A stretch of 63,764 bases of DNA, filler included, from Octopus bimaculoides (GCF_001194135.2; 5 parts of 5 records of this genome joined end to end with filler, not necessarily neighbours in it); one strand, 5' to 3'; positions 13,289 through 26,315 are shown, counted from the whole stretch's first letter. The notes: generated by a model from the letters alone, not told the origin. Program-made: numbers and translations.

Positions 13289-13960
13289 NNNNNNNNNNNN
13301 NNNNNNNNNNNNNNNNNNNNNNNNNNNNNNNNNNNNNNNNNNNNNNNNNNNNNNNNNNNNNNNNNNNNNNNNNNNNNNNNNNNNNNNNNNNNNNNNNNNN
13401 NNNNNNNNNNNNNNNNNNNNNNNNNNNNNNNNNNNNNNNNNNNNNNNNNNNNNNNNNNNNNNNNNNNNNNNNNNNNNNNNNNNNNNNNNNNNNNNNNNNN
13501 NNNNNNNNNNNNNNNNNNNNNNNNNNNNNNNNNNNNNNNNNNNNNNNNNNNNNNNNNNNNNNNNNNNNNNNNNNNNNNNNNNNNNNNNNNNNNNNNNNNN
13601 NNNNNNNNNNNNNNNNNNNNNNNNNNNNNNNNNNNNNNNNNNNNNNNNNNNNNNNNNNNNNNNNNNNNNNNNNNNNNNNNNNNNNNNNNNNNNNNNNNNN
13701 NNNNNNNNNNNNNNNNNNNNNNNNNNNNNNNNNNNNNNNNNNNNNNNNNNNNNNNNNNNNNNNNNNNNNNNNNNNNNNNNNNNNNNNNNNNNNNNNNNNN
13801 NNNNNNNNNNNNNNNNNNNNNNNNNNNNNNNNNNNNNNNNNNNNNNNNNNNNNNNNNNNNNNNNNNNNNNNNNNNNNNNNNNNNNNNNNNNNNNNNNNNN
13901 NNNNNNNNNNNNNNNNNNNNNNNNNNNNNNNNNNNNNNNNNNNNNNNNNNNNNNNNNACA

Positions 13961-13996
<36 letters not shown>

Positions 13997-14054
13997 TATA
14001 CGTGTGTAAACATGTATGCAAGCATGTATGTATGTATGTATGTATGTATGTCAT

Positions 14055-14940
14055 TCAGTCTTATTTTATATTTGTTGAGTCAGTTGTCTGTACTTCATTG
14101 TTGTAAAGTGATCCTTGTTCTTGATCAAGATCTGTGACAATTTCCACTCTGTTTTCAAAGTAGGGTCTTTCTTTACTTTGCTGTAGCTACCATCACTTAT
14201 TAGATTTGCCAGGTTTTCCGAGTAGTCACCACATTTCCCTTGTCTGCTGGAAGTATTATCATGGAATTGTCACTCTGTAGTCTTTTGATAGCGAACGTTT
14301 CTTCCTTAGTGATGTCTGGTTCAGGAAGTTTTGCTTTTTCTAATACCTGTCTCACTTTCCACCTTAGTTCTTCTCCCTGAGCTTTTGGTATCTTTACGGA
14401 TATCTCTTCAACAGGGGCTATTATGTCCAAGTATGGAATACGCTTGATGGTTGTCGCAAAGTTGAGACCTTTGTTCAGTACTGCTTCTTCAGAGCTTTCT
14501 AGATGTCGGCTACTTACATTAATTACTGCTTTCACAGGTGGGTGACGGATTTCAGTCTTCATTCTATGACCTTTGAGTTTCATAAACTCTTCCTTTGTCT
14601 TTACCATTTCAAATTCTTTCATGTATGACTTTTCTAGATCTTGCTGGATTCTCTATCATCATCTCTGGTTATTTTCCTAAGTAATGAAGATAACCTCCAT
14701 TTGATTTCTTTATTTAATGATGTTTTTTCCAACGGTTGTAATGGATCCTCTCACGGATGAGGGCGTGTCCTGCCCTTTCCGCTACTCTTCTAGCGTTATA
14801 TGAATCCCCTGGTGTTATTAATTTCAAACCAGTTGGTATTAGCTTTGAATCTCTACATCTACACATGAAAGTTAGATGGTTTGAAAGGCGAGCTAGTTTT
14901 TGATGGAGTTTCTCTATATGTCTCCCTTGAAGTCTAATGT
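14055..14940 (-). mobile_element. Penelope-like (Poseidon-type) retroelement, N-terminal/pre-RT half (inverted)
   Basis: Peptides EKLHQKLARLSNHLTFMCRCRDSKLIPTGL, VINVSSRHLESSEEAVLNKGLNFA and IILPADKGNVV, then NLISDGSYSKVKKDPTLKTE after a frameshift. These are typical PLE pre-RT motifs. Confidence 0.88.
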
Positions 14941-14943
14941 CAG

Positions 14944-15770
14944 CCACTAAAACCAACCCTATGGCTGCGACATGTTGATGAAACCTTTATACTCTGGCCT
15001 CACCAGGAAGATGTCCAAGTGCTGTTAGATCATGTGAACTCAATAAAGCCATCCATACAGTTCACAATGGAAAAAGAAAAACACAATCAGCTAGCATACC
15101 TGGACGTATTAATAACAGGCACCAAGTATGGATTCAGGACATCCGCATACTGCAAGTCGACCTTCACTGGACGATACCTCAACTTCAACTCCCATCATCC
15201 ATACATTGTAAAGAGAGGGATTGCTCAGTGCCTAAAACATCGAGCAATGGATATAAGTAGCGATCGTGATACCCACCACGAAGGAATGATCAAGCTCAGT
15301 AACAGTCTATTAAGCAACAACTATCCCAAAAGCATACTCTCGACTCCAATTTGGAAGAAAAGAGGGGATGAAACCGATAAACTGTGCACAGTCTGTCTAC
15401 CCTATGTGAAAGGCTTCTCCGAAAAGATACAAAAGATATGCGGCCCATATGACATCAGAACAGTATTCAAGAGTAATACAATACTTCGCAAATATCTCCT
15501 TCGAGTAAAACCGTCAATAGAAGAGAATATTACCAAAGACTGCGTGTACTCCATTCCATGCAGCTGTAGTAGGTTATACAAAGGCGAAACATGTTGCCCC
15601 CTCAAAATAAAGATAGACGAACATCGCAAAGCTGTGACACAGGGAGATATTGATGAATCGGGTATAGCTGATGATGTATGGAAAATTGGAGACCACCTCC
15701 CCCGGTGGGATGAAGCTAAAATAATAGACAGAGAACACCACTGGAAAATACGAAAACTAAAAGGGCAGAG
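14944..15770 (+). mobile_element. Penelope-like retroelement, RT C-terminus plus GIY-YIG endonuclease
   Basis: PLKPTLWLRHVDETFILWPH (decayed YVDD), SIQFTMEKE, LAYLDVLI, TGRYLNFNSHHP, LPYVKGFSEKI and CVYSIPCSCSRLYKGET...EHRKAV (GIY-YIG). Confidence 0.92.
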
Positions 15771-16598
15771 GAACATCGCAAAGCTGTGACACAAACATAT
15801 AAACACGCACATATGTTTATATGACGCTATAGCAGAAGATACTTGTCCAAAGTGCCACGCAATGGGACTGAACTCAGAGCCCTGTGGTTGGTAAGCAAGC
15901 TGCTTACCACACAGCCACTCCTACAATAACACCAGCACCTCACTATGTCCCATCTTCCCTCTGTTGACAATAGACATTAATCTTCTTCAGATCTATTGAA
16001 ACATCAGTGCGAAGTCAGAAAGATTGCAGTTGAGTGTGAAAGGAAATGAAACGGGCGAAACCAAATCCCTTGGTCCAGTGAATGACTCAGGCGATGCTCT
16101 TCATTGGTTTCAAAGAAATTCTGTTGTGAATCTCCTTTGATTTTTATCTTGTGTCTTTTTTTTTTATTTATGATAACGCTTTTGTAGATTCTATTGAAAA
16201 GAGGCGGAGATGAAATGAGACGCCGTGGAAAGAAACCGCTTTCACAGGACATACGTTACGACTGCGTTTCAAGGCATAAAGTTGGGGAGAACATAAAATA
16301 AGGAAAGAAAAGGGTTAAGACGAAACAAAAAAAGAAAAGAAAAACTGCTGGAGGATCTGTCAGGAAATTTAACGCCAGGCAGTTTGTCCTGGAACGTCAT
16401 CATTGCCAGACAAGACAATCGACACTATAATCACCATTATCATGTCACCGACAGCACTGCCACCATTAGTGTCATATTCACAATCATCACCACCGCAATC
16501 AACGTCGTTGTCGCCATCATCATCATCATTGTCATCATCATCTCTATCTTATCATCTTCACAACCAACGTGGGGGACGTACGTATATATATATACTAC

Positions 16599-16949
16599 GG
16601 CACTCCGTCGGTTACGACGACAAGGGTTCCATTTGATCCGATCAATGGAACAGCATGCTCGTGAAATTAACGTGCAAGTGGCCGAGAACTCCACAGACAC
16701 GTCGTGTACCCTTAACGTAGTTCGCGGGGAGATTCAGCGTCACATAGAGTGTGACAAGGCTGGCCCCTTTGAAATACAGGTACAACAGAAGCAGGAAGAA
16801 AGATTGTGAGAAAGAGTATAGCAGAGTTCGCTACCACCCCCTGCCGGAGCCGCGTGGAGCTTTAGGTGCTTTCGCTCAATAAACACTCACAACGCCCGGT
16901 CTAGAAATCGAAACCGCGATCCTATGACCGCGAGCCTGCTCCCTAACCA
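16599..16949 (-). mobile_element. SINE family C variant (different head/central segment, same 3' part)
   Basis: The 3' part ggcactccgtcggttacgacga...cgtgaaattaacgtgcaagtggc is shared with family C. The head is ggttagggagcaggctcgcggtcataggatcgcggtttcgatttc on the minus strand. Confidence 0.72.
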
Positions 16950-17858
16950 TATATACATTATTATGATTGACCGTTGACTGAACACTATTCAATTTTTGTT
17001 TTTCCGTGTTTTTCTCCTTGTCTCCGTATTCNNNNNNNNNNNNNNNNNNNNNNNNNNNNNNNNNNNNNNNNNNNNNNNNNNNNNNNNNNNNNNNNNNNNN
17101 NNNNNNNNNNNNNNNNNNNNNNNNNNNNNNNNNNNNNNNNNNNNNNNNNNNNNNNNNNNNNNNNNNNNNNNNNNNNNNNNNNNNNNNNNNNNNNNNNNNN
17201 NNNNNNNNNNNNNNNNNNNNNNNNNNNNNNNNNNNNNNNNNNNNNNNNNNNNNNNNNNNNNNNNNNNNNNNNNNNNNNNNNNNNNNNNNNNNNNNNNNNN
17301 NNNNNNNNNNNNNNNNNNNNNNNNNNNNNNNNNNNNNNNNNNNNNNNNNNNNNNNNNNNNNNNNNNNNNNNNNNNNNNNNNNNNNNNNNNNNNNNNNNNN
17401 NNNNNNNNNNNNNNNNNNNNNNNNNNNNNNNNNNNNNNNNNNNNNNNNNNNNNNNNNNNNNNNNNNNNNNNNNNNNNNNNNNNNNNNNNNNNNNNNNNNN
17501 NNNNNNNNNNNNNNNNNNNNNNNNNNNNNNNNNNNNNNNNNNNNNNNNNNNNNNNNNNNNNNNNNNNNNNNNNNNNNNNNNNNNNNNNNNNNNNNNNNNN
17601 NNNNNNNNNNNNNNNNNNNNNNNNNNNNNNNNNNNNNNNNNNNNNNNNNNNNNNNNNNNNNNNNNNNNNNNNNNNNNNNNNNNNNNNNNNNNNNNNNNNN
17701 NNNNNNNNNNNNNNNNNNNNNNNNNNNNNNNNNNNNNNNNNNNNNNNNNNNNNNNNNNNNNNNNNNNNNNNNNNNNNNNNNNNNNNNNNNNNNNNNNNNN
17801 NNNNNNNNNNNNNNNNNNNNNNNNNNNNNNNNNNNNNNNNNNTATATATATATATATA

Positions 17859-18136
17859 TATTGGGTTGAGAAATAATTCATGAGTGTTTGTTCTATTTTT
17901 TTTTCTATTTGAAATTTAAAAAGGCACGCAGAAATAAAACACGTTGGCAAAATATTCTGCATTATTTAAAACTGAATTTTTTGCATTTAAAATTCTATTG
18001 ATTTGTGTATTTTCAGATCATTAAAATGGAATGTCAAGAGGACAAAACAGACCATTTTCGACACCATTTGCTTTTGGCGTTAAATCGCGGTGTTAAGGCC
18101 ACCAAAGCTGCTTGTGAGATTTGTCCTGTATATTGG
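17859..18136 (+). mobile_element. Mariner DNA transposon left end (TIR plus transposase N-terminus), truncated
   Basis: TA followed by TTGGGTTGAGAAATAATTCATGAG (mariner-like TIR). ATG at 18026 gives MECQEDKTDHFRHHLLLALNRGVKATKAACEICPVY, resembling the mariner HTH N-terminus. It is cut off by a (CTAT)n repeat. Confidence 0.78.
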
Positions 18137-18251
<115 letters not shown>

Positions 18252-18344
18252 ATATAAATATATATATATATATATATGTATATATGTGTGTGTATGTGTG
18301 TGTGTGTGTGTGTGTGTGTATGTATATATATGTATATATATGTG

Positions 18345-18375
<31 letters not shown>

Positions 18376-18455
18376 GTATATATATACTTATACATACATA
18401 CATATATATATGTATATGTATACTTATACATACATGCACACACACACACACATAC

Positions 18456-18513
<58 letters not shown>

Positions 18514-19188
18514 CTATATTCTTTTATTCTTTAGCTGTTTCAGTTATTNNNNNNNNNNGTTATTTTACTTTTATTATTCGCACGAATCGACCCCAAGACT
18601 TATTCTTTGTAAGCCTAGTACTTATTCTATCGGTCTGTTTTGCCGAGCCGCTGAGTTACGGGGGGACGTAAACACACCAACATCGGTTCTGAAACGATGG
18701 TGCGGAGACTAACACAGACACACAAATACATACATATTTACACACACACACACATGTATATATAAACTTAGATAAACTTAGATATGCTTCGACCAAAGAT
18801 TGGTCCAGGCCATGTATAACTTAATAGCACCACCCGATAGGATTATCTAAATCCTTTTTAAGTCAAGTTTTGTGGTATCATGGTCCATTCAAGTAGGGAG
18901 TTCTTGTTGACCCTTTAGTTTTTACGTCAGTCAGTTTCTTTTACGAACATTCCATCTTCCCCTCAAATGAAATTCCTTGTCATTGAATTATGGCTGAATA
19001 CTCCACAGGCAGTTATAGCTTCAGCATGTTTCAGTTTTTCATTCGTGACATGCCTGGAACTGAGAATTACTGGTACAACTCCTTCGACTCAATTCCACTG
19101 AATTGTCTTCAGTCGACCCGAGACTGTCGTAAATGACAATGGCCTGAGATGTCACGCATCAGGATCGAAACAAGAACCAAATGATTGT

Positions 19189-19274
<86 letters not shown>

Positions 19275-19392
19275 ATGGAGAGAGGAAGACAGGGAAAGAG
19301 AATGGCTGAAGGCTTGGAAGGAGCCAGAAATTGTTGCCAACATAGCACAAGAGAGTATTTTATCAAGAGTGATGGGAAGAGGAGAGGAGGAA

Positions 19393-19415
19393 GGAAAGAA
19401 GAAAAGAAGGAATGC

Positions 19416-19467
<52 letters not shown>

Positions 19468-19526
19468 GAGGAGGAGGAGGAGGAGTGGCAGCAGCCACAG
19501 CAGCAGTAGTAGTAGCAGAGGCAGCG

Positions 19527-19588
<62 letters not shown>

Positions 19589-19590
19589 GT

Positions 19591-19626
<36 letters not shown>

Positions 19627-19770
19627 AGGAAGATGATGATGANNNNNNNNNNNNNNNNNNNNNNNNNNNNNNNNNNNNNNNNNNNNNNNNNNNNNNNNNN
19701 NNNNNNNNNNNNNNNNNNNNNNNNNNNNNNNNNNNNNNNNNNNNNNNGGAAAGAAGAAAAGAAGGAATGC

Positions 19771-19822
<52 letters not shown>

Positions 19823-19881
19823 GAGGAGGAGGAGGAGGAGTGGCAGCAGCCACAGCAGCAGTAGTAGTAGCAGAGGCAGCG

Positions 19882-19946
<65 letters not shown>

Positions 19947-19948
19947 GT

Positions 19949-19984
<36 letters not shown>

Positions 19985-20005
19985 AGGAAGATGATGATGA
20001 TGACG
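19393..20005. repeat. Compound trinucleotide microsatellite (GTA/GGA/TTA/GAT), duplicated across a gap
   Basis: 19393-19642 is repeated from 19748. Confidence 0.85.
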
Positions 20006-20474
20006 ACGACAAGGAAGAGGAAAATTAAAAGATGAAAGATGCGATGAGAAGCAATAAATGCCCGGGCATCAATGAAGGTTAATAATAATAAGAAAAAACA
20101 AGAAAGAAAGAAAGAAATGGTTGTCCGTCCTGAGCAATAGTCTGAGCAACATTATCATCATCAACAACAACAACAACAACAGATGCAACAATAGCAATAA
20201 TAATGTAGGAACACTATCAGCAGTGTGAACAACAATAATACGGAGAATATTAACAGCGAACGGAACAGAGGCCAACTGCGATGGTTAACAAAAGAAGAAA
20301 CACAAACGTGCCAAGCGATGCATAGCAATGTCGGTCATTTACAAAAACACACCAAGAGTCATGTTTAAAGATTAACAACAGCACCAATGGAAACAGCAAC
20401 TGTAATGAGCCACTCGGGATAATCCGACGTTCTAGTAAAATATATATTATTATTGTAATGTTACATATTAACAG

Positions 20475-20584
20475 CACTTTCGGCAAGTATCTTCTACTAT
20501 AGCCTCGGGTCGACTAAAGCCTTGTGAGTGGATTTGGTAGACGAAAACTGAAAGAAGCCCGTCGTATATATGTATATATATATG

Positions 20585-20616
<32 letters not shown>

Positions 20617-20855
20617 AGTGTGTGTGTGTGTGCATGTTTGTGTGTCTGTATTTGTTCCCCCACCATCGCTTGACATCCGATGCTGATGTGTTGACGTCCC
20701 CGTAACATAGCGGTTCGGCCAAAGAAGACGATAGAATAAGTACTAGACTTATAAAGAACGAGTCCTGGCGTCAATTTGTTCGACCACAGGCGGTGATCCA
20801 GCATGGCCGCGGTCAAATGACTGAAACAAATAAAAGAATACAAGAATAAAAGAAT
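20475..20855 (+). mobile_element. SINE family B (5' truncated)
   Basis: gcaagtatcttctactatagcctcgggtcgac...gatccagcatggccgcggtcaaatgactgaaacaa. Confidence 0.8.
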
Positions 20856-21446
20856 TATGAAATGAAGAATGTGAAACATGTCGCACGTGGAGTTGAAGAA
20901 TACGAACGGCGTGACTGAAGCATTTGCTTTTTTTTTATTTAGGAATTCGTTGATGAACGTTTTCAGAGAATCTGGAGACTTAGAAGATGTGACATTAGGA
21001 TGAGTCTGATAAAGAGAGGAATATGAAGCTAGAGATACGACTCTGGAAGAAAGAAGAAAGAACAGTCACCGTTTTGTGAACATGTCGACATTGTTGACAA
21101 GACAAAGATGGAGACGGTGCTACGAGGGACAAAGGATAAAAAGATATTGAAGGGGAAAACCAATAAAAGGAATACGCGCGTGCGTAAGCATGCATACAAA
21201 CATACATACATACATATATATATGGGGACAGAAGTAAATGATTTAGAAACGGTTCTAGAATGAAAGATATATGGCAAAAGAGAAAATGTGGAGGCCATAT
21301 TGCCCTGTATGATAAAGCCGAAGAACTTTGGAAACAAAAATTCTCCACCATTTATAAGAAAACACAGCTAAACGCCGCCAACAGATAGATTTCTTGTTGT
21401 TGTTGTTGTTGTTCTTCTTCTTCATCATCATCATCATCTTCTTCTT

Positions 21447-21479
<33 letters not shown>

Positions 21480-21491
21480 CTTCTTCTTCTT

Positions 21492-21524
<33 letters not shown>

Positions 21525-21598
21525 CTTCTGCCTCTTCTTCTTCTTCTTCTTCTTCTTCTTCTTCTTCTTCTCCCTCTTCTTCTTCTTCTTCTTCTTCT

Positions 21599-21633
<35 letters not shown>

Positions 21634-21733
21634 NNNNNNNNNNNNNNNNNNNNNNNNNNNNNNNNNNNNNNNNNNNNTTAATTAATTAANNNNNNNNNNN
21701 NNNNNNNNNNNNNNNNNNNNNNNNNNNNNNNNN
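21634..21733. other. Artificial scaffolding linker N44-TTAATTAATTAA-N44
   Basis: Exactly 44 N + a 12-mer with stops in all six frames + 44 N = 100 bp. Confidence 0.92.
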
Positions 21734-22025
21734 GATACACACAAGATTTCTCTTTGTACGCCATATTTTTGGTCATAACAACATCACAAAACTTCTAAAT
21801 AATAACTCAGAAATACTCGTTATATAAAACATTGAAATAAATGTAGCTTGTATTTTTTAAACTTTATTTTTTTTTTTACTTGCTTCTGTCATTGGATTGC
21901 GGCCTTGCTGGAGCACCGGATTAAAGAATTTTTGTTGAACGAACTGACCCTAGTACTTATATAGCTGTTTATAAAAAAATAAAAAAAGACAAAGACAGGT
22001 GTATGAATAACAAGCAAGTGTATTA

Positions 22026-22227
22026 GTTTGACGCTCGGGAAAATGAAAATGTCTTTTACGTTTCGAGCCTACGCTCTTCAGTAGAAAGGAATAAGAGAAA
22101 ATAAACAGAGAGAGAATGAAAAAAGCTTGTAGATTTCAGTGTTTCATAGCGAGCGGAACCTTGTAAGTGGCCTGACGAGTAGCCTGCGGTGTACATTTCG
22201 CTTGGATATTTACCACTCATCAGACAT
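22026..22227 (-). ncRNA. Two decayed hammerhead-like motifs (Penelope-type terminal repeat relic)
   Basis: Minus strand motif 1: CTGATGA-gtggtaaatatccaagc-GAAA-TGTACA-cc (22184-22227). Motif 2: ctactgaa-GAGC gtag GCTC-GAAACG...CGTC-aaac (22026-22088). Both carry core lesions. Confidence 0.35.
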
Positions 22228-22479
22228 AAGTAAAATTATATTAAAAAAAAAGTGGTACTTGTTACGACAGAATTTTTTCTTGTGGCTCCGAGGAGGCAGT
22301 TAAAGGATATTCGACTCTAATGAACATAAAAACATAGCAGAGTATTTGATTGGACTGCGGAGTTTGTATCCAAATTGCTCTGGCATCAAAATGCTCCAAT
22401 TTTGATGTAATTGTAACAAAACTCAAACAACATAATTTCTCCAAAACCTGAACTGAAAAAGTTTCTAGAAAAATCCTTT

Positions 22480-22590
22480 TGTTTCATAATGAGGATATTA
22501 ATTTATTTTAATAATAAATTAATGAGGATATCAATTTATTTCATAATGAGGATATTAATTTCTTTTGTTTCATAATGAAGATCTTAATTT
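22480..22590 (+). repeat. About 24-bp AT-rich tandem repeat (tttcataatgaggatattaattt), about 4 imperfect copies
   Basis: Read directly from the sequence. Confidence 0.7.
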
Positions 22591-23378
22591 TTTTATATTA
22601 ATTCTAGTTTTATACATTTCATATTAATAATTGTATTCTCCATATAAATAGATTCAGTAAATCTGTTGAATTCAAANNNNNNNNNNNNNNNNNNNNNNNN
22701 NNNNNNNNNNNNNNNNNNNNNNNNNNNNNNNNNNNNNNNNNNNNNNNNNNNNNNNNNNNNNNNNNNNNNNNNNNNNNNNNNNNNNNNNNNNNNNNNNNNN
22801 NNNNNNNNNNNNNNNNNNNNNNNNNNNNNNNNNNNNNNNNNNNNNNNNNNNNNNNNNNNNNNNNNNNNNNNNNNNNNNNNNNNNNNNNNNNNNNNNNNNN
22901 NNNNNNNNNNNNNNNNNNNNNNNNNNNNNNNNNNNNNNNNNNNNNNNNNNNNNNNNNNNNNNNNNNNNNNNNNNNNNNNNNNNNNNNNNNNNNNNNNNNN
23001 NNNNNNNNNNNNNNNNNNNNNNNNNNNNNNNNNNNNNNNNNNNNNNNNNNNNNNNNNNNNNNNNNNNNNNNNNNNNNNNNNNNNNNNNNNNNNNNNNNNN
23101 NNNNNNNNNNNNNNNNNNNNNNNNNNNNNNNNNNNNNNNNNNNNNNNNNNNNNNNNNNNNNNNNNNNNNNNNNNNNNNNNNNNNNNNNNNNNNNNNNNNN
23201 NNNNNNNNNNNNNNNNNNNNNNNNNNNNNNNNNNNNNNNNNNNNNNNNNNNNNNNNNNNNNNNNNNNNNNNNNNNNNNNNNNNNNNNNNNNNNNNNNNNN
23301 NNNNNNNNNNNNNNNNNNNNNNNNNNNNNNNNNNNNNNNNNNNNNNNNNNNNNNNNNNNNNNNNNNNNNNNATATATA

Positions 23379-23414
<36 letters not shown>

Positions 23415-23419
23415 TGTAT

Positions 23420-23765
23420 GAGTGGCTGTGTGATAAGTAGCTTGTTTACCAGCCACATGGTTCCGGGTTCAGTCACACTGCGTGGCACCTTGGGCAAGTG
23501 TCTTCTACTACAGCCTCGAGCCGACCAAAGCCTTGTGAGTGGATTTGGTAGGCGGAAACTGAAAGAAGCCCGACGTATATATATATATATATATGTATAT
23601 ATGTGTATGTAGTATGTATGTATGTATGTGTTTGTGTGTTTGTCCCCCACCATCGCTTAACATCCGATGGTGGCGTGTCTACGTCCCTGTAACATAGCGG
23701 TTCAGCAAAAGAGCCGCTAAGCATTTCGCCCGACGTGCTAAAGTTTCTGCCAGTTCGCTGCCTTA
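23420..23765 (+). mobile_element. SINE family B joined to an antisense family A head fragment
   Basis: gagtggctgtgtgataagtagcttg...taacatagcggttcagcaaaagag, then ccgctaagcatttcgcccgacgtgctaa...gctgcctta. Confidence 0.75.
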
Positions 23766-25820
23766 ATAGTTCTAGAATATTGCGAAGGGACTGCATAGTC
23801 TCTTTTAAGAAATGGACAGAACGGAACTATTTCAAAAATATTTCGCGGTTATTCTCAGCGGATCGACCGAAAGTATAGAGGTTTCTTCAATATACGAACA
23901 ATTCATCGTTGATTCATCTATCTGTGTATCTCCTCGTTATATCATCATCATCAACCTATGATCATTACTGTCTCGAATACTAAGACTCATAGAACCGGTT
24001 GCCATGGCACATAAGCGACCGAGATCACAACGTCCCCGCCCCATCACCGTCCCTGTCCCCGCTCGCCGCCCCTGAACTGAACACTAATCGTACACAATTG
24101 CCTGAACTGGAGCAACATGAAAGGCAGTGTTTTGTTCAAGAACGCGTCACATTGTCCGGTCTGGGAATCGAAACAATGATTTTACGATTGTATGTGCAAT
24201 ACCACCGCCACAACCACCAGTACCACCACCAACGCCACGCGACGTGCCTTCATCTCCCCATCTGCTCCATATTGTAAAATGTAAGACTCACTAATGCGAC
24301 AGAGAAGTTACTTATAACCATTTATACATTGTACAATTAATATTCTTAACTCTCATATGTCGGACTACAATCACTTAATGACTAACTCGAGTTGTACACT
24401 GATCATTATCACTGGAATTTAACAACTTATAATGGCTACATCATGGCTGACTCCATTAACACGAAGACAGCATTGGTCAATTTTCTACATTCGTATATAT
24501 ATATATATATATATATATATNNNNNNNNNNNNNNNNNNNNNNNNNNNNNNNNNNNNNNNNNNNNNNNNNNNNNNNNNNNNNNNNNNNNNNNNNNNNNNNN
24601 NNNNNNNNNNNNNNNNNNNNNNNNNNNNNNNNNNNNNNNNNNNNNNNNNNNNNNNNNNNNNNNNNNNNNNNNNNNNNNNNNNNNNNNNNNNNNNNNNNNN
24701 NNNNNNNNNNNNNNNNNNNNNNNNNNNNNNNNNNNNNNNNNNNNNNNNNNNNNNNNNNNNNNNNNNNNNNNNNNNNNNNNNNNNNNNNNNNNNNNNNNNN
24801 NNNNNNNNNNNNNNNNNNNNNNNNNNNNNNNNNNNNNNNNNNNNNNNNNNNNNNNNNNNNNNNNNNNNNNNNNNNNNNNNNNNNNNNNNNNNNNNNNNNN
24901 NNNNNNNNNNNNNNNNNNNNNNNNNNNNNNNNNNNNNNNNNNNNNNNNNNNNNNNNNNNNNNNNNNNNNNNNNNNNNNNNNNNNNNNNNNNNNNNNNNNN
25001 NNNNNNNNNNNNNNNNNNNNNNNNNNNNNNNNNNNNNNNNNNNNNNNNNNNNNNNNNNNNNNNNNNNNNNNNNNNNNNNNNNNNNNNNNNNNATGCCTTT
25101 CACAGTTTCTCACACCGAGATTCACTCACACCGAGATTCACTCACATCGCATTGGTCTGCTCGGGGCTATAGTAAAAGATACTTGCCCAAGGAGCTACGC
25201 GGCGGGACTGAACCCGAAACGCCATCATGATTGGGAAGGAAGCTTCTTAACCACACCGCTATGCCGCTATGTCTCTGCCTGTTAGTGTAGTTTGATGATA
25301 TAAACTTCACAAAATGTCTGTCAGTCATTGCCGACACTTATTTCTCCAGAGAATCACAATAAACCAGCTCATATTTTAAATCTTCCTTGTGTAATAGAAA
25401 CAAGAGTTATATTGTCTTGGTCAGTAAATGCACCGAAAGTTTCAACTAGCGGCATGGCGAAACAACTACACAGTTTCCTTACTCATAATTCACTGTCCAA
25501 AATGACCCCTGCTACAGCTCATTACTTACATAAATAGACGATGTATGCATAGAAGTAGTGCAGTACGACCTTCATAAAACTGACATTTATAGCCAGTTCG
25601 CATGCACAATCTTATTGGCTGCAGCAAATATTGTAGCCATCGCCATCTTATATAAAAACCGCCATTTCTGTTCCTTTATCTATTTATTTGTTTAATTTAT
25701 TTTTATGTATCTTTACATATTTTTATTATTATTAATTATTATCATTATTATTATTGTTGTTGTTTTTGTTGTTGTTAATATCGTTGTTGTTATTATTACT
25801 ATTGTTATTGTTATTATTAT

Positions 25821-26054
25821 TAATGCGGTGAGCAGGTACAATCGTTAGCACGCCGGGCAAAATGCTTAGCGGCATTTCGTCCGTCTTTAAATTCTGAGTT
25901 CAAACTCTGCCAAGGTCGACTTTGCCATTCATCCTTTTGGAATCAATAAATTAAGTACCAGTAGAACTTGGGGGTCGATGTAATAGACTAGTCCCCTCCC
26001 AAAAAATTTCAGGTCTTGTGCCTGCAGTAGAAAAGATTATTATTGTTGTTGTTG

Positions 26055-26088
<34 letters not shown>

Positions 26089-26315
26089 CATCATCATCAT
26101 CATTATTAAGGCGGTGAGCTGGCAGAACCATTAGCACGCTAAGAAAAATGCTGAGCGGTATTTCGCCTGTCGCTACGTTCTGAGTTCAAATTCCGTCGAG
26201 ATCGATTTCGCCTCTCTTTTCAGGGTCGATGAAATAAATACCAGTTGAACACTGGGGTCGATGTAATCGACTCATCTCCTTCCCCAAAATTGTTGTCCTT
26301 GTTGCAAATTTGAGT
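25821..26315 (+). mobile_element. Two tandem SINE family A copies
   Basis: taatgcggtgagcagg... (25821) and taaggcggtgagctggcagaa... (26107), each with the B-box-like gagttcaaa and ggggtcgatgtaat. Confidence 0.8.

Noticed and set aside
25625-25680. Minus-strand QKWRFLYK as a candidate SoxF exon 2
   Set aside because: The downstream residues do not match HMG helix 3 (no RP(F/Y)VEEAERLR or YKYRP) and there is no proper acceptor.
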